From the NCBI GenBank assembly GCA_963575745.1, contig CAUYUJ010000001.1, positions 2,480,001 to 2,544,000 of the forward strand: a stretch of 64,000 bases of DNA, read 5' to 3'. Below are positions 26,230-39,900 of the stretch, piece by piece. This DNA comes from Prorocentrum cordatum. Taxonomy: Eukaryota. The notes beneath the pieces are model-generated. The model did no database searches. It was not told the DNA's origin and saw only the letters and a program-made list of their open reading frames with translations. A program made the position numbers and the translations under genes. Position 1 is the first letter of the stretch, and every line of letters starts with the position of its first letter.

Positions 26230-29200
26230 TTACTCTGAGCACTGTAATTGCGCTTCGCCCAACCTTGACGTCTGGGAAACGATACCACGCTTTGCATTTC
26301 TACATCCCTTCAGGGTCCGTGGGTTGATCATGTTCAACATACATAATATTCCGAAGCGTGCTATTGAGACGATGGGGAAATCAACGGAGCTGATCGCGCA
26401 AACTCTGGAGCGGAAGCGCCTCGAGATTCCCACATTGAATTTCAAACTTGGGCGCGAGAATCTTTCGAACAAGAGTGTGGGGAACTGCGCAAATGCGTGA
26501 AGCCGAAGACCCGCGCCGAGACGGAGCACTGTGACATGCGCGGCAACGCTACCAACCTTCTGAACATTATGGAGCACAAGTCCGAGCTCTGGCAGAACAT
26601 ATGGCCATCGAAAGTATAGTCTTTGCAGGTAAACCGTGGCCGGCCTTACAAGACTACGAGGTCGCCTTGGCAGTGAAGCGGATCTATTCCAAGAAGGCTT
26701 CATGAGTTGAGCAGCTTGGTGGATCTTTGATGTACCCACCTCCAGCTGGGATTTCGCGTTGACTCGTGTTTGAACAGTTGCGAAGTTAAGGGTGGATGGC
26801 CTTTGCACGTTCAGATCTCCATTGTGGCTCTCATGAAGAAAGGTGCCACTACTGATAGTTCCATTGGATTGCTGGCAGATTTTATACGTCTTGGAGCTAT
26901 CCACAGTTGGTCAACCATACCAAGTGCGCGTAAGGAATGGCAGGCAAGTGGGACAAGGCAGTGAGAGGGTCCTCATGCATGAGAGTTGCAATCGTTCGGT
27001 CTTTCACTGACGAGGCAGTGCGCACGCAGTCTCTGCCAACGTTCTTTGGGACATCGGCGGCTTCTACGAATCCCCGGATTGCGAGAGGCTGTTCGAACAA
27101 GGTTTGGCTCTGAAATTTGCTCCACTTGTGATTATGATGGAGGGCATGTCCCACCTGGTGGTTCGCATATTCCCAGAAGGGCGATGCCTCTCATTGCCAG
27201 TCCAAGCTCGGCAGAGCATCATAGCAGGAGCACGCTGAGGCATAGACTTCGGCAGATTATCTCTACAGTACTTTGGAAACAATGCATAACTCAAAACCAC
27301 CCAACAGTGATTATTATGTCTTGGGCCGGTGATTTTACGCAGTACGCGCTAGGCCCTCAACGTGGGGATCTTTGCGGGCAGGCTTTGCAACAAGGCGCAC
27401 ATGAGCATCGCAAGCACGAGCAATATCATTGCAGGGGACGTGTCTTTGGCGTAACATCTATTGCGCGCAAGCCGGTGCAGCGCAACATCAAAATCATGGT
27501 CGCACACATGGCAGTCGACTTGGGCGTACACAGGGGCGCGAACCTGCACGCCGACCCACCGCCGCAGCAAGAAGGCACGCCGCAGGGCAGCGGGTAGCCA
27601 GAGCTCGTAAGCTCAGGGGTGCTGGGCGTGCAGGTAGTCGCGCAGCACGTCGTGTGATGCATCGTACATGCTGGCCAAGGTGCAGCATGATGCGCCAGCG
27701 CATGGCATGAGTCTTTCGGCAGCTCAAGCTTGGAGAAGAGCGCTAGCCAATGCGTGCGCCAGTTCTGTCCGAGGGCGTTGCTTGGACGCGCTGTTGCAGC
27801 TGGAGCTGGGCGATCAGGACCCAGCAATCTTCCAAGCGTTTCAGATGTTCGCCAGCTGGATGGTGGTGATCTAGGGGAACGAAGAATGACAGAAACATAA
27901 AAACTCGGAGGTCCGCGCGGATTTCTCGGATCCGCGCTGAACCCCCCTGGCGGCGCTCAGTCTTCGTTCCCCTATGATCATATTCGACGGTCCTGAATCT
28001 CGCAAGCTTGCTGCTCGTGACTGAGCCAGCCATGTTGCGCGTGAGCGCGCCAGGAGTTGATCTAATTAACGTTCGACTACAGCTTCAACGAGTTAGAGAC
28101 GAAGAGCAGCTATCGATGGGCAGGAGCTCTGATGAATGCTTGCTGTGGGGGTCAGTGGACCGCTGCGACGGCGGTCACATTGTGAGCACCTTCCACCGCG
28201 TCTGGGAGTGCTCAGCTAATAATTCACGATCCTCGGTCACCAGCAGCGAAATGCATGCTGGCAGAGCAAGGACCCAAACCGACTCACAGCCGTCAGTCTG
28301 GCTGGGAGGCTTGACACCATCAGCGTGGACCAGAGTCTCAGCGACAGCACAGGAGGCCGGCATCTTTTTGCACTCGCGCAGCACCTTGACGGACGGCGCT
28401 GAGTACATTGTCAAAGCGAGAGATGGTTCAAGCGGGAAAAATTCAGACCAGGCACGGTTTCGTCGAATTTCTTAGGCCTATACGGTCACCAAGGCTTTCG
28501 ACACCGGTGGCCCCAGTCCAGATCTCAGGACCACTTGCTTGGGTTTCCACTGGTGCTACGTGTGGTGCTCAGACTTTCAACCATGAGTGTTGTTGGCTTT
28601 CCTGAGATTCCTGGAAGGTGCACCATCGGGCTGTCATTTAGTGTTCGTCACCGATTCGTCGCATGCGCAGCGTAACGTTGCCAACATCATATCGACACGA
28701 TTGGCGTAGAGTTCAGAGGCTTCTACGAGACAAGCTCACCACGGTCCTCAAGATCGAGTCCCATGTGAGCCCGACCGAGACTCTCTCCAGAGGCGAGCTT
28801 CTCTTCGCTTGGGCTGGGCATGGGCTTTCTGACAAGCTGGCGGAGGAGATCGCCAAGAGCATCCAGATTGAGGTGGGGGTTGCCGAGGCGGTCCAGATTT
28901 CGGAGTCCCTGACTAGAGCAGTGAGAATTCGGGCTTGTGAGAGTTTCCTCTCGCGTTGTTCGGAGATCCCAGGAGGCCCACGACCCCGCCCCAAGGCTAA
29001 CCAGAAAGCTCAGGCCAAGAAGGCTGTGGCCCCTGTTCCTAAGCCCCGCCCGAAATTAGCCCAGCAGTTACCAGATAGTGAGCATAATATGATTCCCGTA
29101 ATAATCTTCCAAGGGGAATTTCATGTGCGTGACGTGCGGAGCTCACGCCACCCGCAGTGCACTGAACCTTCATAAAGAATGTAAGAAAGCGACTCCCACT

Positions 29201-29280
29201 GAGGTCGCTTACCTCGATCAACTCGTGAAAGGGGAAGTGCAGCCGCCTTCCCCCTGCCTCCCTGGTTTCAGGGCAGGCTC
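26230..29280 (+). mobile_element. Decayed non-LTR retrotransposon, RT + RNase H
   Basis: RT-like VLWDIGGFYES (27041), SIIAGA, SWAGDF (decayed xVDD), VDLGV. RNase H-like DGSSG, FVTDS, WRRVQRLL..VLKIESH...GHGLSDKLAEEIA. Many stops and frameshifts. Confidence 0.75.
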
Positions 29281-29485
29281 AGATGTTTTTCACCAGACCA
29301 GCGGTCATCTGCGCTCCTCCTCCTCCTCCTCCTCCTCCTCTTCCTCCTCCTCCTCCTCCTCGCCAGACCTCCAGGCGTCTGCCAAACATCGTGACAGCAA
29401 TGTATTCCTCGGTCTGGGCCTCTGGAAACCTGTTGCGGACCCCAAGACCATCGGAAAACGACCTGGGATGAAACACTGGCCCCTG

Positions 29486-29711
29486 TCGGGGATCTTCTGA
29501 CCTGGGTCAATCCAGCCCTGGGTCAGTCAGGCCTTGCAGAATCCTGCGAAATCTTGCACCGAAACCCGGGTCAATGCGAAGGATCCTGCAAGATCCTGCT
29601 GGATCCTGCACCCAAGCCGTGGTCAATGCGACCCTGGCCCTGCAGGATCCTGCAAGATCTGGCGCTCTGGCTGACCCTCATTTGCGTTGACACCCGTTTC
29701 TTGAGCCCCGA
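29486..29711. mobile_element. TCGGG-MITE family A, copy 2
   Basis: TCGGGGATCTTCTGACC...GAGCCCCGA with perfect 5-bp TSD CCCTG (29481-85 / 29712-16). Confidence 0.9.
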
Positions 29712-30724
29712 CCCTGGGTCGTGTCGACAGCTCCATGGGCCGGAGATCTGGGTCCTCCTCATCTGCAACCGAATGTCGGAGACAAGAGCCCTCCACAAAA
29801 AAGCGAGACCATGAAACCGGAGGATATTGATTACAATCGATGTTGATTGGGGAGGACACACGAGAGGACACAAGACCTTTCCGAGGGTCACATTGCCACA
29901 GGAATGTCGAAGGCAGGGGCCGCCAAACACAGGACGCAAGAGCACCCTTGATTTGGCAGGGTCGACTTACCAATCCGCCTCGACTGTAATCAAGCGGTTG
30001 CGGAACCTTTGCGTCCAAGATCCGCCACTGTGGCCGATTGCCCGCTGCGGCGTGGCACAATTCTAAGTGCTGTCTGATGGGGCTGTTCCTTTGCAAAAAG
30101 CGCCCCCCCCTCCCCCTTCCTCCTGAGGCTCCCTGGCCAGCCCGACGCATCCCTGGCGATGTCGCAGGCCTCCATGACTGCCAATAATATGGCGTCCAAG
30201 ACTGCCAAACCACTAAACTCACATCATGTTTCAATGTCTCCTGGTTCCCGGTCTTTTCGGCTCACGTTTGAATTGTCGAAGCACCCCTTGGAGGCTCCCA
30301 GGAAGACCCAAATCATCGAACCACCACTTGTTATTTTATGATGATGGCCACCCCTTTCACGATGGCCTTGGCGTCCCGAAGAGGTCACACGATGTCCCTA
30401 AGATAACCAAACGCAGAGCATAACAGAGTGCGCCAGCGTCCGCCTGAGCGGCAGGGCCTGGAAGGCCAGCGCAAGCGGACCGGATGCGCTGCGCGTGATG
30501 CAGAAGTGCTGCTTCTAAGCGGCTCCATTTCGTGCTGTCGTGTGCTCGTGTGAGCCATGCTCCCCTGGGCGTCGTCGCTTCCAGAAAGCGTACGGCCTTG
30601 CAGTCGGTCCACACTCCCAGGGCCACGGAAACGCTGCTGCAGACGTATGTCCGTGGGGTGTGCGAGCTGCCTACTTCTCTGTGGTCTTGCCTGTGGCTGC
30701 TTGCTGTCAGGTCCTAGTGCAATC

Positions 30725-31145
30725 TGCCTCTTCTTGCTGCCTGCTGCTGCTCGCTTATTTGTATGCTCTTGGGGCCTACTGGGCTGCCATGGGGTATCCT
30801 AGCGGCGCCTTGAAGCCCATTCGGCTGTGTTCGGGGCCTCTGGAAACCCTCGTGGAGCATTTTGAAGCCCTCTCGGAGGCCGTCTGGAGCCCCTTTATGG
30901 GCTCCGATGGGCCGCCTTGGGGGGTCTCTTGCGGTGTCGCTCGTCTTGGGGCCTTCTTGGGGCCTCGCCTGCGGCATGCTGACCGCCTCTCGGGGTCCCC
31001 ATTGGGGCTCTCTTCGGTCGTCTGGAACACTCCGACGGCCCTCGTGGGCCGGCCGTCCTGGGACCCGTTTGGGGGCGCTCTGAGTTTTCTTGAAGCCGAG
31101 CTGGGTCCCAAGGAGCCCCGACATTGCCCCAAACCAACCCCTAGA
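30725..31145 (-). repeat. GGCCCCAAGA-rich repeat (reverse), ~240 bp of it duplicated at 32460-32690
   Basis: CTGCTGCTGCTCGCTTATTTGTATGCTCTTGGGGCCTACTGGGCTGCCATGGGGTATCCT is present at both sites. Confidence 0.85.
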
Positions 31146-33059
31146 TAGCGCCATGATGCCCGAGATTGCGCAACACTGAAGCTCAAAGATGGCCGCAGGA
31201 AAACACACACTTTTCCAGCCCAGCACCCCTTAAGCCAACAACACATCGGGAAGGCGAAGGGCAGAAAGAGGCGTACACATGAAAGATGCTGGAGAGAGGA
31301 AGAGGCCTGGATGAAGGGAGCACGCGCTTCTCACATGCACGAGCACAACTCGCAGGTTGTAGCTGATGGTGTTGATCCCACGCGCAAGCAAATAGATGTC
31401 CAGAGTCGCATCGAACAAGTACTGTGACCATGTGTAGCACAATGCCAAGCGGAGGACGCGAAGACTGCCGAGGAGATCATTCTCAATCTCAAGTCGGCAC
31501 ATTTCCGAGCACGGCGGCGCACTTCCTCGGCACCGCGCAGCGGTCTCTGTCTGCGCAGAGCACTGGGCGCCGGACGTCGCCCCACAGGGCACGATGGGGA
31601 GGAGGCGGCGGCGGCGGGGGGGAGGAGGAGGGCAGGAGGAGGATAGCGGAGGAGGATAGAGGAGGATCGAGGAGGAGGACAGAGGAGGATAGAGGGGGGG
31701 AGGAGGAGGGCAGGAGGAGGATAGCGGAGGACTGCGAGGATGAGTCAGGCTAGCCACGCCGAACGAGGCAACGGGCCCCGCCCATTCCCACCCTCCCTTC
31801 CGGAACACCATACTCCCTTGCGGCGCACCTTGATATCTGCGCCCGGTGCCGCTTCCGACGACCCGGCGAAGGAAGGGCACAAAAAACGCGGCCGTGCACG
31901 GGCGGGAAAGGAGCTCCAGAAAACCCTTGCGAGGCGCTGCGGCCACGACACGCTTTCGCATTATCCCGGGCGGCCAGATTCCCGATTAGCGCGGAGAAGA
32001 CGAAGCATGCGCCGCGCCGAAAAAGGAATGCCACTTTCACGCGCAAACTGCGCGGCACTTGGGCGAGGAGAGCATTGCCCCGCTCTCGCGCGGCCCCGCT
32101 TCCACTGCCGTGTTCTTGCGACTCGGCGAGCGAAACATGCACCGCGCCCGAGGAAGAGTAACCGTAAGAGGACGAATGAGGACAAGCAGGAGGAGGATAA
32201 TCCCTGGTGCTTCTTCTCCCTGGTCGGCGTTGTCGTCGTCCTCCTCCTCCTCCTCCTCCTCCTCCTCCTCCTCCTCCTCCTCCTCCTCCCCCCCTCCTCC
32301 TTCCCCTCCCTGTCCCCTACTCCTTACCTCATCTTGCTCAGGTGGCTTTTTGACCCTGGATAAATTGTTGACGGCCCCGAGGTCTGAAACAGGCCTCACC
32401 GCAAATTGACCAGAACATCGAACCTCGATCATCGATCATGCTCGATCCTCTCACCACCCTCCTCTTCCTGCTGTCTGCTGCTGCTCGCTTATTTGTATGC
32501 TCTTGGGGCCTACTGGGCTGCCATGGGGTATCCTGGCGGCGCCTAGAAGCCCATTCGGCTGTTTTCGGGGCCTCAGGAAACCCTTGTGGAGCGTTTTGAA
32601 GCCCTCTCGGATGCCGTCCGGAGCCTGTTTTTGGGGGCCCCGATGGGCTGCCTTGGGGGGTCTCTTGCGGTGTCTGTCGTCTTGGGGCCTACTCGATCCT
32701 CCCACCACACTCCTCGAGGGCCTCAATCCTCCTCTTCCTCCTCCTCCTCCTCCTCCTCCTCCTCCTCCTCCTCCTCCTCCTCCTCCTGCGCACAACCTGA
32801 GGCGCCACAGAGTCTATGACACCTCAGCCGTCGGTCGGCGTGGCTGAGGGCGCACCTTGCAACCGCCCTCAGCCACGCACATCGGACAGGGCCCACGGTG
32901 GGCCACACTGCTGCCAGGGGCCTCCAGGCAACACCGACTGCGCACGGCCAGACCGCCAGCGCGCAACGGGAGGGCTGTGCATGGCCAGAAGAAGGATTAG
33001 GGCACAGCACAAGCCCGTCAAACGTGAAAAAGAAAGTGGGAGAAAGAGGGCAGGCCGAG

Positions 33060-35745
33060 GGCCACGGGGCGATCTCCCTTACTGGGAGGATCCCCTATGG
33101 CCAACGGTATGCCCCCCAATACCCGACCCCACGGTGGGGTCGGGCTGTTCTGAACCATAATTAACGAGAGCATCGTGCAAAACGTGGGGAGGAGGGCGGC
33201 CGCTGGCAGCAGCCAGCTGCCGCTGAACAATGGCAACGCGCTCAGCATCCGTGCGCTGCGTACGCTGCTTGCGCGCAGGCGCAGCAGCTCCCGACCACAC
33301 TCCTCCGCCCCCGCTCGACGACGCCGACGGAACGACACCTCCGTCCTCCACATGAGCTGCAGCACCGCCAGCCGATCGCTGTGGTGCCTCCGAGGGCTGG
33401 GCCATGCTGGCACTTGCATTGGCCGCGCCTGCCTCAAGCAGGTGTGCTGCCGATGCGCTGGCCGCCACAGCAGGCGCAGGGATGCTGTCTCCTCCTCCGC
33501 CGCTCGACCAAGGCGACACCTCAAGACCTCCTTCCTCCGAGTGAGCGTCCGCATCCTCACCAGACGGGTGGGATGCTCTCGAAGGTCGGGCCGAAGCGTC
33601 AGCAGCAACACTGTCGTCACAAGCCTCCAGCTGGGAGGCGAGGTAAGAGTCAGCGACGGCGGCCTCGACCAGCGGCGCCTGCGCTGCGACACGAAACGCC
33701 TTCGCACCGAGGCGAAACCCGCCTTTGCGGAGCCGCTTGAGCACCTTCATGGCATGATCGGTGGCCGCAGGCGGGCAAGGCTGGCTGAGAGCTGCGACAC
33801 GAACAGCTGCGAAGTTTCCACAGCGCGCACAGCCCACGACCGTGGGACCTTCGCAAAGGGCAATCCGAAAAAGCTCATGCTTGCGCGCTCCATCCTGTAG
33901 CTTCCTCTGCGCCGCCAGCACGCGAGAGGCTACGTCGGATGGGGCGGGCTCACGCGCAACAAAAAGCGTTGGAAGACGCGGCTTGCCCCGATTGTGCCGC
34001 TTGGGGTGGCCACAATCTTCAAGCCCCTCGCTGAGTCGGCCGATCCAGCCTCCCCAGGTCTTGACAACCTTGGAGCGTGCCTGCAGCTGCGCGCGGCCTT
34101 GACGCGGTGCCCTCGTATGCACAGCGGCACTCTTAGCAGCGCGGCCGGCCATCATATTGCCAAACCTGTGGCGCTCCGTGGCGCGCCCATGCTGGATGTC
34201 ACTTGCAGCCGCATGGCCTTTGACTTTCGAGAGCTCAAACCCGTCCCCCCCCAGCCATCCACCAACCGCCAAAATTCCCTCCAGAGGTGAGCGTGCGCAT
34301 CGACACAGGCGGTGGTGGCCACACGACCACGTTCGTGGAAGCCATCCACAACAAAAGCAGAGTCTGAAAACATACGCACTGGCGGCGCTGCAAAGCGCAG
34401 CACATGGATGACAGCAATGAGCTCGGCAGCATTGATGCACTGCAACGGGTCGAGCACAGGGCCAGAGCAAACAGAGACAACCTGAAGGCAGTCGGGATGA
34501 AGCGCCACGCACCCCCAGCCCGCACTCGCGAGGCTGGGATGCTCAGCTTCAAATACCGACCCATCAGGGTAAATGTCACCCGTGAAGCTGTCAGGTCCTC
34601 CCAGCCCCCAGCACACTGGTTGCCCAGGTGGCGGCCTCGCAATTGCGGGAAATGGGACCAGACAGCGTTCAGCAAAGGCGAGGGCTAGCGGCGAGCGCGC
34701 GGCTTGCGCTACGTTGGCACGAAACGCAGGGGCGCCCTCGAGGCTGTCGAGACGCGCACAAGAGCAGTGCCTGTGCAGCAACGTGCCTTCGGCCTGAGGG
34801 CAGAGCAGGCAGGCAGGCGTGGTGTCATATCCCTCGGCCCACTGACGCTTCTGGGGCCACTGCCCCCCAACCACAGTGCTTCGTAGGTGGCCTCTCTGCT
34901 GGGCCGTGGGCTTACTCTTGGTGCTGAGCAGGGCCGTCAGGGGGCTAAGGATGACACCGTTGCCAAACTCGGGGAGGTCCAAATGGTCGGCAACCTTGGC
35001 GAACTGCCAACACTCAACGGCACGGTACACGAGCTCCTGGATGGTGACGGGGCAGAAGTCCGAGGGGTTGATGACGGCCCCATCGGGCCAAGTCCAGGAG
35101 GTAGCCGAAGCAGCCGTGATCCCCACACGTTTGAGAGTGGCCCACGACGCACTGAAAGGGCCCCGAATGGAGGACCACGGGTGCTCCAGATTCACAAGCC
35201 TCTCATGGGCCTCACGGAGGCCGAAGTCCAGGGCGTCCTTAGGAAGCCAGGAGTGCCACAGAGCGAAGAGGAAGGCCTTCACGGGCAACCACGTGGCCCT
35301 GAAAATGGGGTCCAAACGGGGCACAGGAGCCAGTAACAGGGCCAGGGTGCGGGATTTGCCATCCATGCGATGGTCTTGAAGCCTGCCAGCAGCACCTCTA
35401 AGCACCTCCAACTCCTGCCCGTGACTGCCGACCACGGCAGACCCATACAACACGGACGACTCCAGAGCACTTCGAGCCATGCGCCCAAGCACGCGGCGAC
35501 GAGGTTTAGAACCCCTGAGGATGGACATGCGCTGCCGCCGCTTGCAGATGGCCTTGACACGGGAGGCGGACGTGGCCTTGCCCCTTCCAGCGAGCCCCGA
35601 GGAGAAATCGACACCGAGGTTTCTCTCAGCTCTCACGGGCAGGGGTTGAAGGCTACGGAGCTTCGAAGCGATCGAGGCTCTAACCACAGGCGAGTTCCCG
35701 AGCACTCGGGACTTGTCGACGGCGATCCCAGGGTCGGCGGCCTTG
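33060..35745 (-). mobile_element. 5'-truncated non-LTR retrotransposon: RT thumb, Cys/His knuckle, RNase H, C-terminal Cys motif
   Basis: RNLGVDF; CLLCPQAEGTLLHRHCSC; RNase H IYPDGS...AGWG...QCINAAELIAV...FSDSAFVVDG...HLWREFW; after a frameshift near 34240, KVKGHA...GNMMAGRAAK; HELF...CARCGNF...C. Best-preserved element in the window. Confidence 0.9.
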
Positions 35746-36929
35746 ATTCCTCCTCCTCCTCCTCCTCCTCCTCCTCTCCCTCCGCCATTCTATCCCGAGG
35801 GGCGGGGGCCAGGGAGGCTCTTCGTTGCGGGAGGGGGGGCGAGAGGGGGGGGGAGGCGATGGGAGGAGGATCATCCGTTCCCGGTCCTTCTGAACCATTT
35901 CTCCCCCATCCCTCCCCTCAGAATTTGTGTTATACATGTGTCTCGCATTGCATGTTGTCCAGGTATGCCAGACATCTGAAGCCAAGGCTTTGCTCACCTG
36001 GTCTTAGCTAGGCCCAGACGATGTCAGGCCGTGGTCGTATCGTATAAAATGCTACTTCCTGCCGCACCCCGAGGTCGGTCGAAATGATGGGCCGAGCGTT
36101 CCGACTGATAACTCCTTACCATCCATGACCCCGAAGCTCGAAATGTGCAACAATTTCACGGGTGGAAAGCGGGTGGTTTTCAAAATGTGGCTCTCGCCTG
36201 GGCGCCGCGCACATTCGTCCTGGCATTTCGGATCAGTTTCACAGATGGGCAGCGGGTCGTTTTCAAAATGTAGCTTTTGCTTTAGCGCCACGCCAATTCC
36301 TTTCAAAACTTTGCAATTATTTCTCGAATAGAGGGCGGTTCCTTTTGAACATGTGGCTTTCGGTTTAGCGCCGCGTACCGTCGTGCAAAGAATTTGCACC
36401 ACTTTCAAGAATTATCGTTGCTAGCATCACCAAACAATGTCTTGGCACGATGTCGGACTGTCAAGGCGCAACCGTTACAGTAGGAGCTCGGCCACAAGAA
36501 ACCTTCCACAACAAACCCAACCCTGAGACCCCAGGACGTCCACTGATTTCTGGCGTCGGAGCGTCACGCCTTCCAGAACAAAACCATCGAGACCCAAGAA
36601 ACCCAGGGCACCCTGGAGGCAAGCAAGGTGTTTCTTGGCATGGGTCTCCACTGTACGTTGATTCGTGGTGTCGAAGTCCCAGAAATGGTTTTCTGGTACG
36701 ATTCAGGATCGCCAAGGCGCAACAGTAATAGTGATTCGCGGAATTGAAATTCCAAATATGGTGCACTGGCAATTCAAGACTATCTGACGGTTGTCGTCCA
36801 ATGGGCCACTTCCCTCAGTGAGAATGAAACGTGTACGTGGCCCATGAAGAGGGAACTTGGAGGGAGGGTTGATTGCAATATCTTTGATGAGTCTTGTGTT
36901 TCCGTTGGTCCTCCTCCTCCTCCTCCTCC

Positions 36930-39900
36930 TCCTGCTCAGCCGCCAGCGACCCAGCAGGCATCTTCCGCGGAGCAGTTTCCGCCCCGGCGGGGGCGACTTC
37001 ATTTTGCCAGTCGGCTGGCCTTCCCGATGTCCATATTCACGAACTGGATGAAGCTTCTCCGCTAGGGCGTCTTCAACCCGCTCTCCATGGTCGCGCCACG
37101 CCGCTGCCTCGAGATTTCGCAGCAGCTCAGCGCAGTGGACGCGCTCATGCTCCCAACCACGCGATGGGGACAGCAAGACGCCACCAGCGAGGTGGATCGG
37201 CTTCAGACCCTCAAGCATCACGTGCACACCTGGGGCTATGGGCAAGGCTCCTTGACCGACAGTCACGCGGGAGACGCCATCATGGTCAGCCAGCGCTTCC
37301 GCCCGATCAACATCGTCGAGATCATGCCCCCCCCCCCAGCGCATCCGAGGTCGAGCGGGGGCTCCCCGTGTCAAGCGCGGCGAGCTGGACCTCGCATTCC
37401 TCGCGGCATACATCCCTCCCAGGACAGGTCTCGCCGCCAAGCGCAACCAGTGGGCCAGGACCGTCCACGAGACACTCCAGTGGATCAGCAGCACGCCCAG
37501 CCACGCACCTGCGAGGAGCGCGCCAATCGTCGGCTTCGGCCTCAACGACCACTGCGGACTAGACGGCCTCCTTCCCGCGGAGATCAACGACGCGTTTGAC
37601 GACTCCTGCCCCACTGGGCGGTCAGATAAGGCAGCTGCGGAATTCCACGACATCCTGGACGCGCACGGCATGCGCCTCCTGAACACATTCTGGCCCGCGG
37701 GGCCCACTTACTTCGGCAGTGAAGGGCGAGCCGCGCGCCCCGACTACCTCGCAGTGCCACAGGGGCTCCGCGCCTACGTCACCTCGAGCAGCGCCTGGTG
37801 GAGAACGGCCCAGGCAGTCCAAAAAATCAAAAACACCGTCCCCCGCGACCATGTCCCCCTGATCGCCGGCGCCGACATCATCATTCCAAACGTCCTCCCC
37901 GACCAGCGCAAGCCGGCATGGGACTTCGACACGATGGCGGCCTCGCTTCAGTCGGGCAGACCCCGCCGCGAATCCATCGCCCCCCTGGAGCAAGCCCCGG
38001 CGAACCAGCTCGACGCCAGCAAACAGCTGGCCGCCGAAGACACGGCCGACGCGCACTGGCAGTTCTTGGTCAAGACGCGGGAAAAACGCGGCCAGGCCCT
38101 TCTCCGAGCGCAAGGTTAAGAAACCAGGCTGGCACAAACAGCGAATGCATGAGCGATTGCAGCGACTCCAACAACGAGCAGTACTAAGGCAAGAGTACAT
38201 CAGAAGAGACTACATCACGGACATCGAGGAGCAACTCGACCTCCTTGCGCGGGCCCTCAAGAGGCAGAAGCAACTCCACGACGCAGAACCTCACCGCGAG
38301 CTCGGGGCTCTCATTTTCGCAGCATGGGCAAAAAGAACTCATGCAGCAGCGCGCAGACTATCCAGGTGCGCGGCAGGCGCCAACCAGGGAAAAATCAAGA
38401 CGCGCCCCAAGTACTTCCGTTACCGAGTGGTCCCTGCCTGCCGAGCTATTCGAGGTCACCCTGCAGCCGACCGAGATCGCAGAGAGCCGGCCGCTGACCA
38501 CGGGGCTGGGGTACACTGACGAGCTGCCAGAGGCCCCCCTCGCAGAGGAGTGCTTCGAAGGAGTTCTCGACCACGCCTATCGGGTCGGCATCGCTCCACT
38601 GGGCGCACGCCACAGCCATAGCTTCACGCTGGACGAGATGAACGGCAAGCCTGCGGTGAAGGGCCTTAGGGTACCACGCGTGCCATGCACCTTTCTGGCG
38701 CTGCGTGCGCAGACACTTACAATGCACATCGAAACCTTGGAGCCCCCGACCTCGCGCTCATGGATGCTGGCCACGTCGCAGAAGAGAAGTACCTATGGCA
38801 GCATCCAGAGTCGTGGCCTGTCGCTAAGAAAGGGTCAACCTCGACTCCATCGCGCGCAGCAACGGACGCGACAAGGCAGCCGAGATGATCCCTGCCAACC
38901 TTTCCAGCGCGGAGCAGCGCCTCTTCACCAGGAGATATCAATGCGAAAGCGTGGAGATCGACGGCTTCGGGCTCAGGAATAATGCCAGGATGAAATCCGG
39001 GCCGCGCATCATTCAACTTCGTCTACGAGCAGCCCATCGGGCAATGCCTAGACGCCACCTGCAGAACCCGACTCCGTTCGCAACAGTCTCTCCTATCCTC
39101 TGCGACACGCTCGAACTCTCCGAGTACCACTACGTAGACGACATCCTCAAGCTCCATGTCGTCAACAACGGGACGGCCAAAGCCGCAGCGGGCATCCTCC
39201 ATCACACCAACACCGCCCGCCCCTGGCAACAAGTTCCAGGCGCACGGGTTCAGCCAGAACAGAGAGAACGAAGACATCGTCGGCGGGGTCTTCGCACCCA
39301 AAAAGAAAAAAGAAACCGGAGCTCTCGCTGCCCACCTACCAGACCGCGTGCTCAGAACCATCAAGTATCTCGGAGGGCACCTTAACTATGCAGGCAATAA
39401 TACAACCGAGATTGACATACGCAGGCGGGGCATCAAACGCATCTGGTGCATCATGGGCAAGACCTGGCACAAGCGTGTGCAATGTTCATCAACGGCATCA
39501 TCGGACCCGCAGCCAGCGGTATGGAGTCCGACCTGCTCAAAGACACCGAGCTGCGTCGGCTCGGCTCCAACATCATCAAGTACCTACGGGCCGTGGTGCA
39601 GGGCAAAGCCACCACCCTGCAAGACGGTCGCTACAAGACCATGAACAACATATACTATTCAAATACTGCGTCATCTTCCCCATGCTCGTTGAGATGGCGG
39701 TGCACCGCACCAAAACGATCCACGCCTCGGTCACGCGCAGGAAGGACCACGACCAGTGGCTCACCGCACTGTTCGGGACCTTGCAATTCGAGGACCATCA
39801 ACCCCTCCGAGCACGGGTGCTCGACGCGGACGGCCGCGACTCGACCCGCGCGGACCCAGGGGCCAATCAGCACTACCAGGACGTGCTCTCCCTCTTAGAA

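Noticed and set aside
30380..30720. RNase H fragment (LGVWTDCKAV...WSRL) on the minus strand
   Set aside because: A single short motif with no supporting neighbours.
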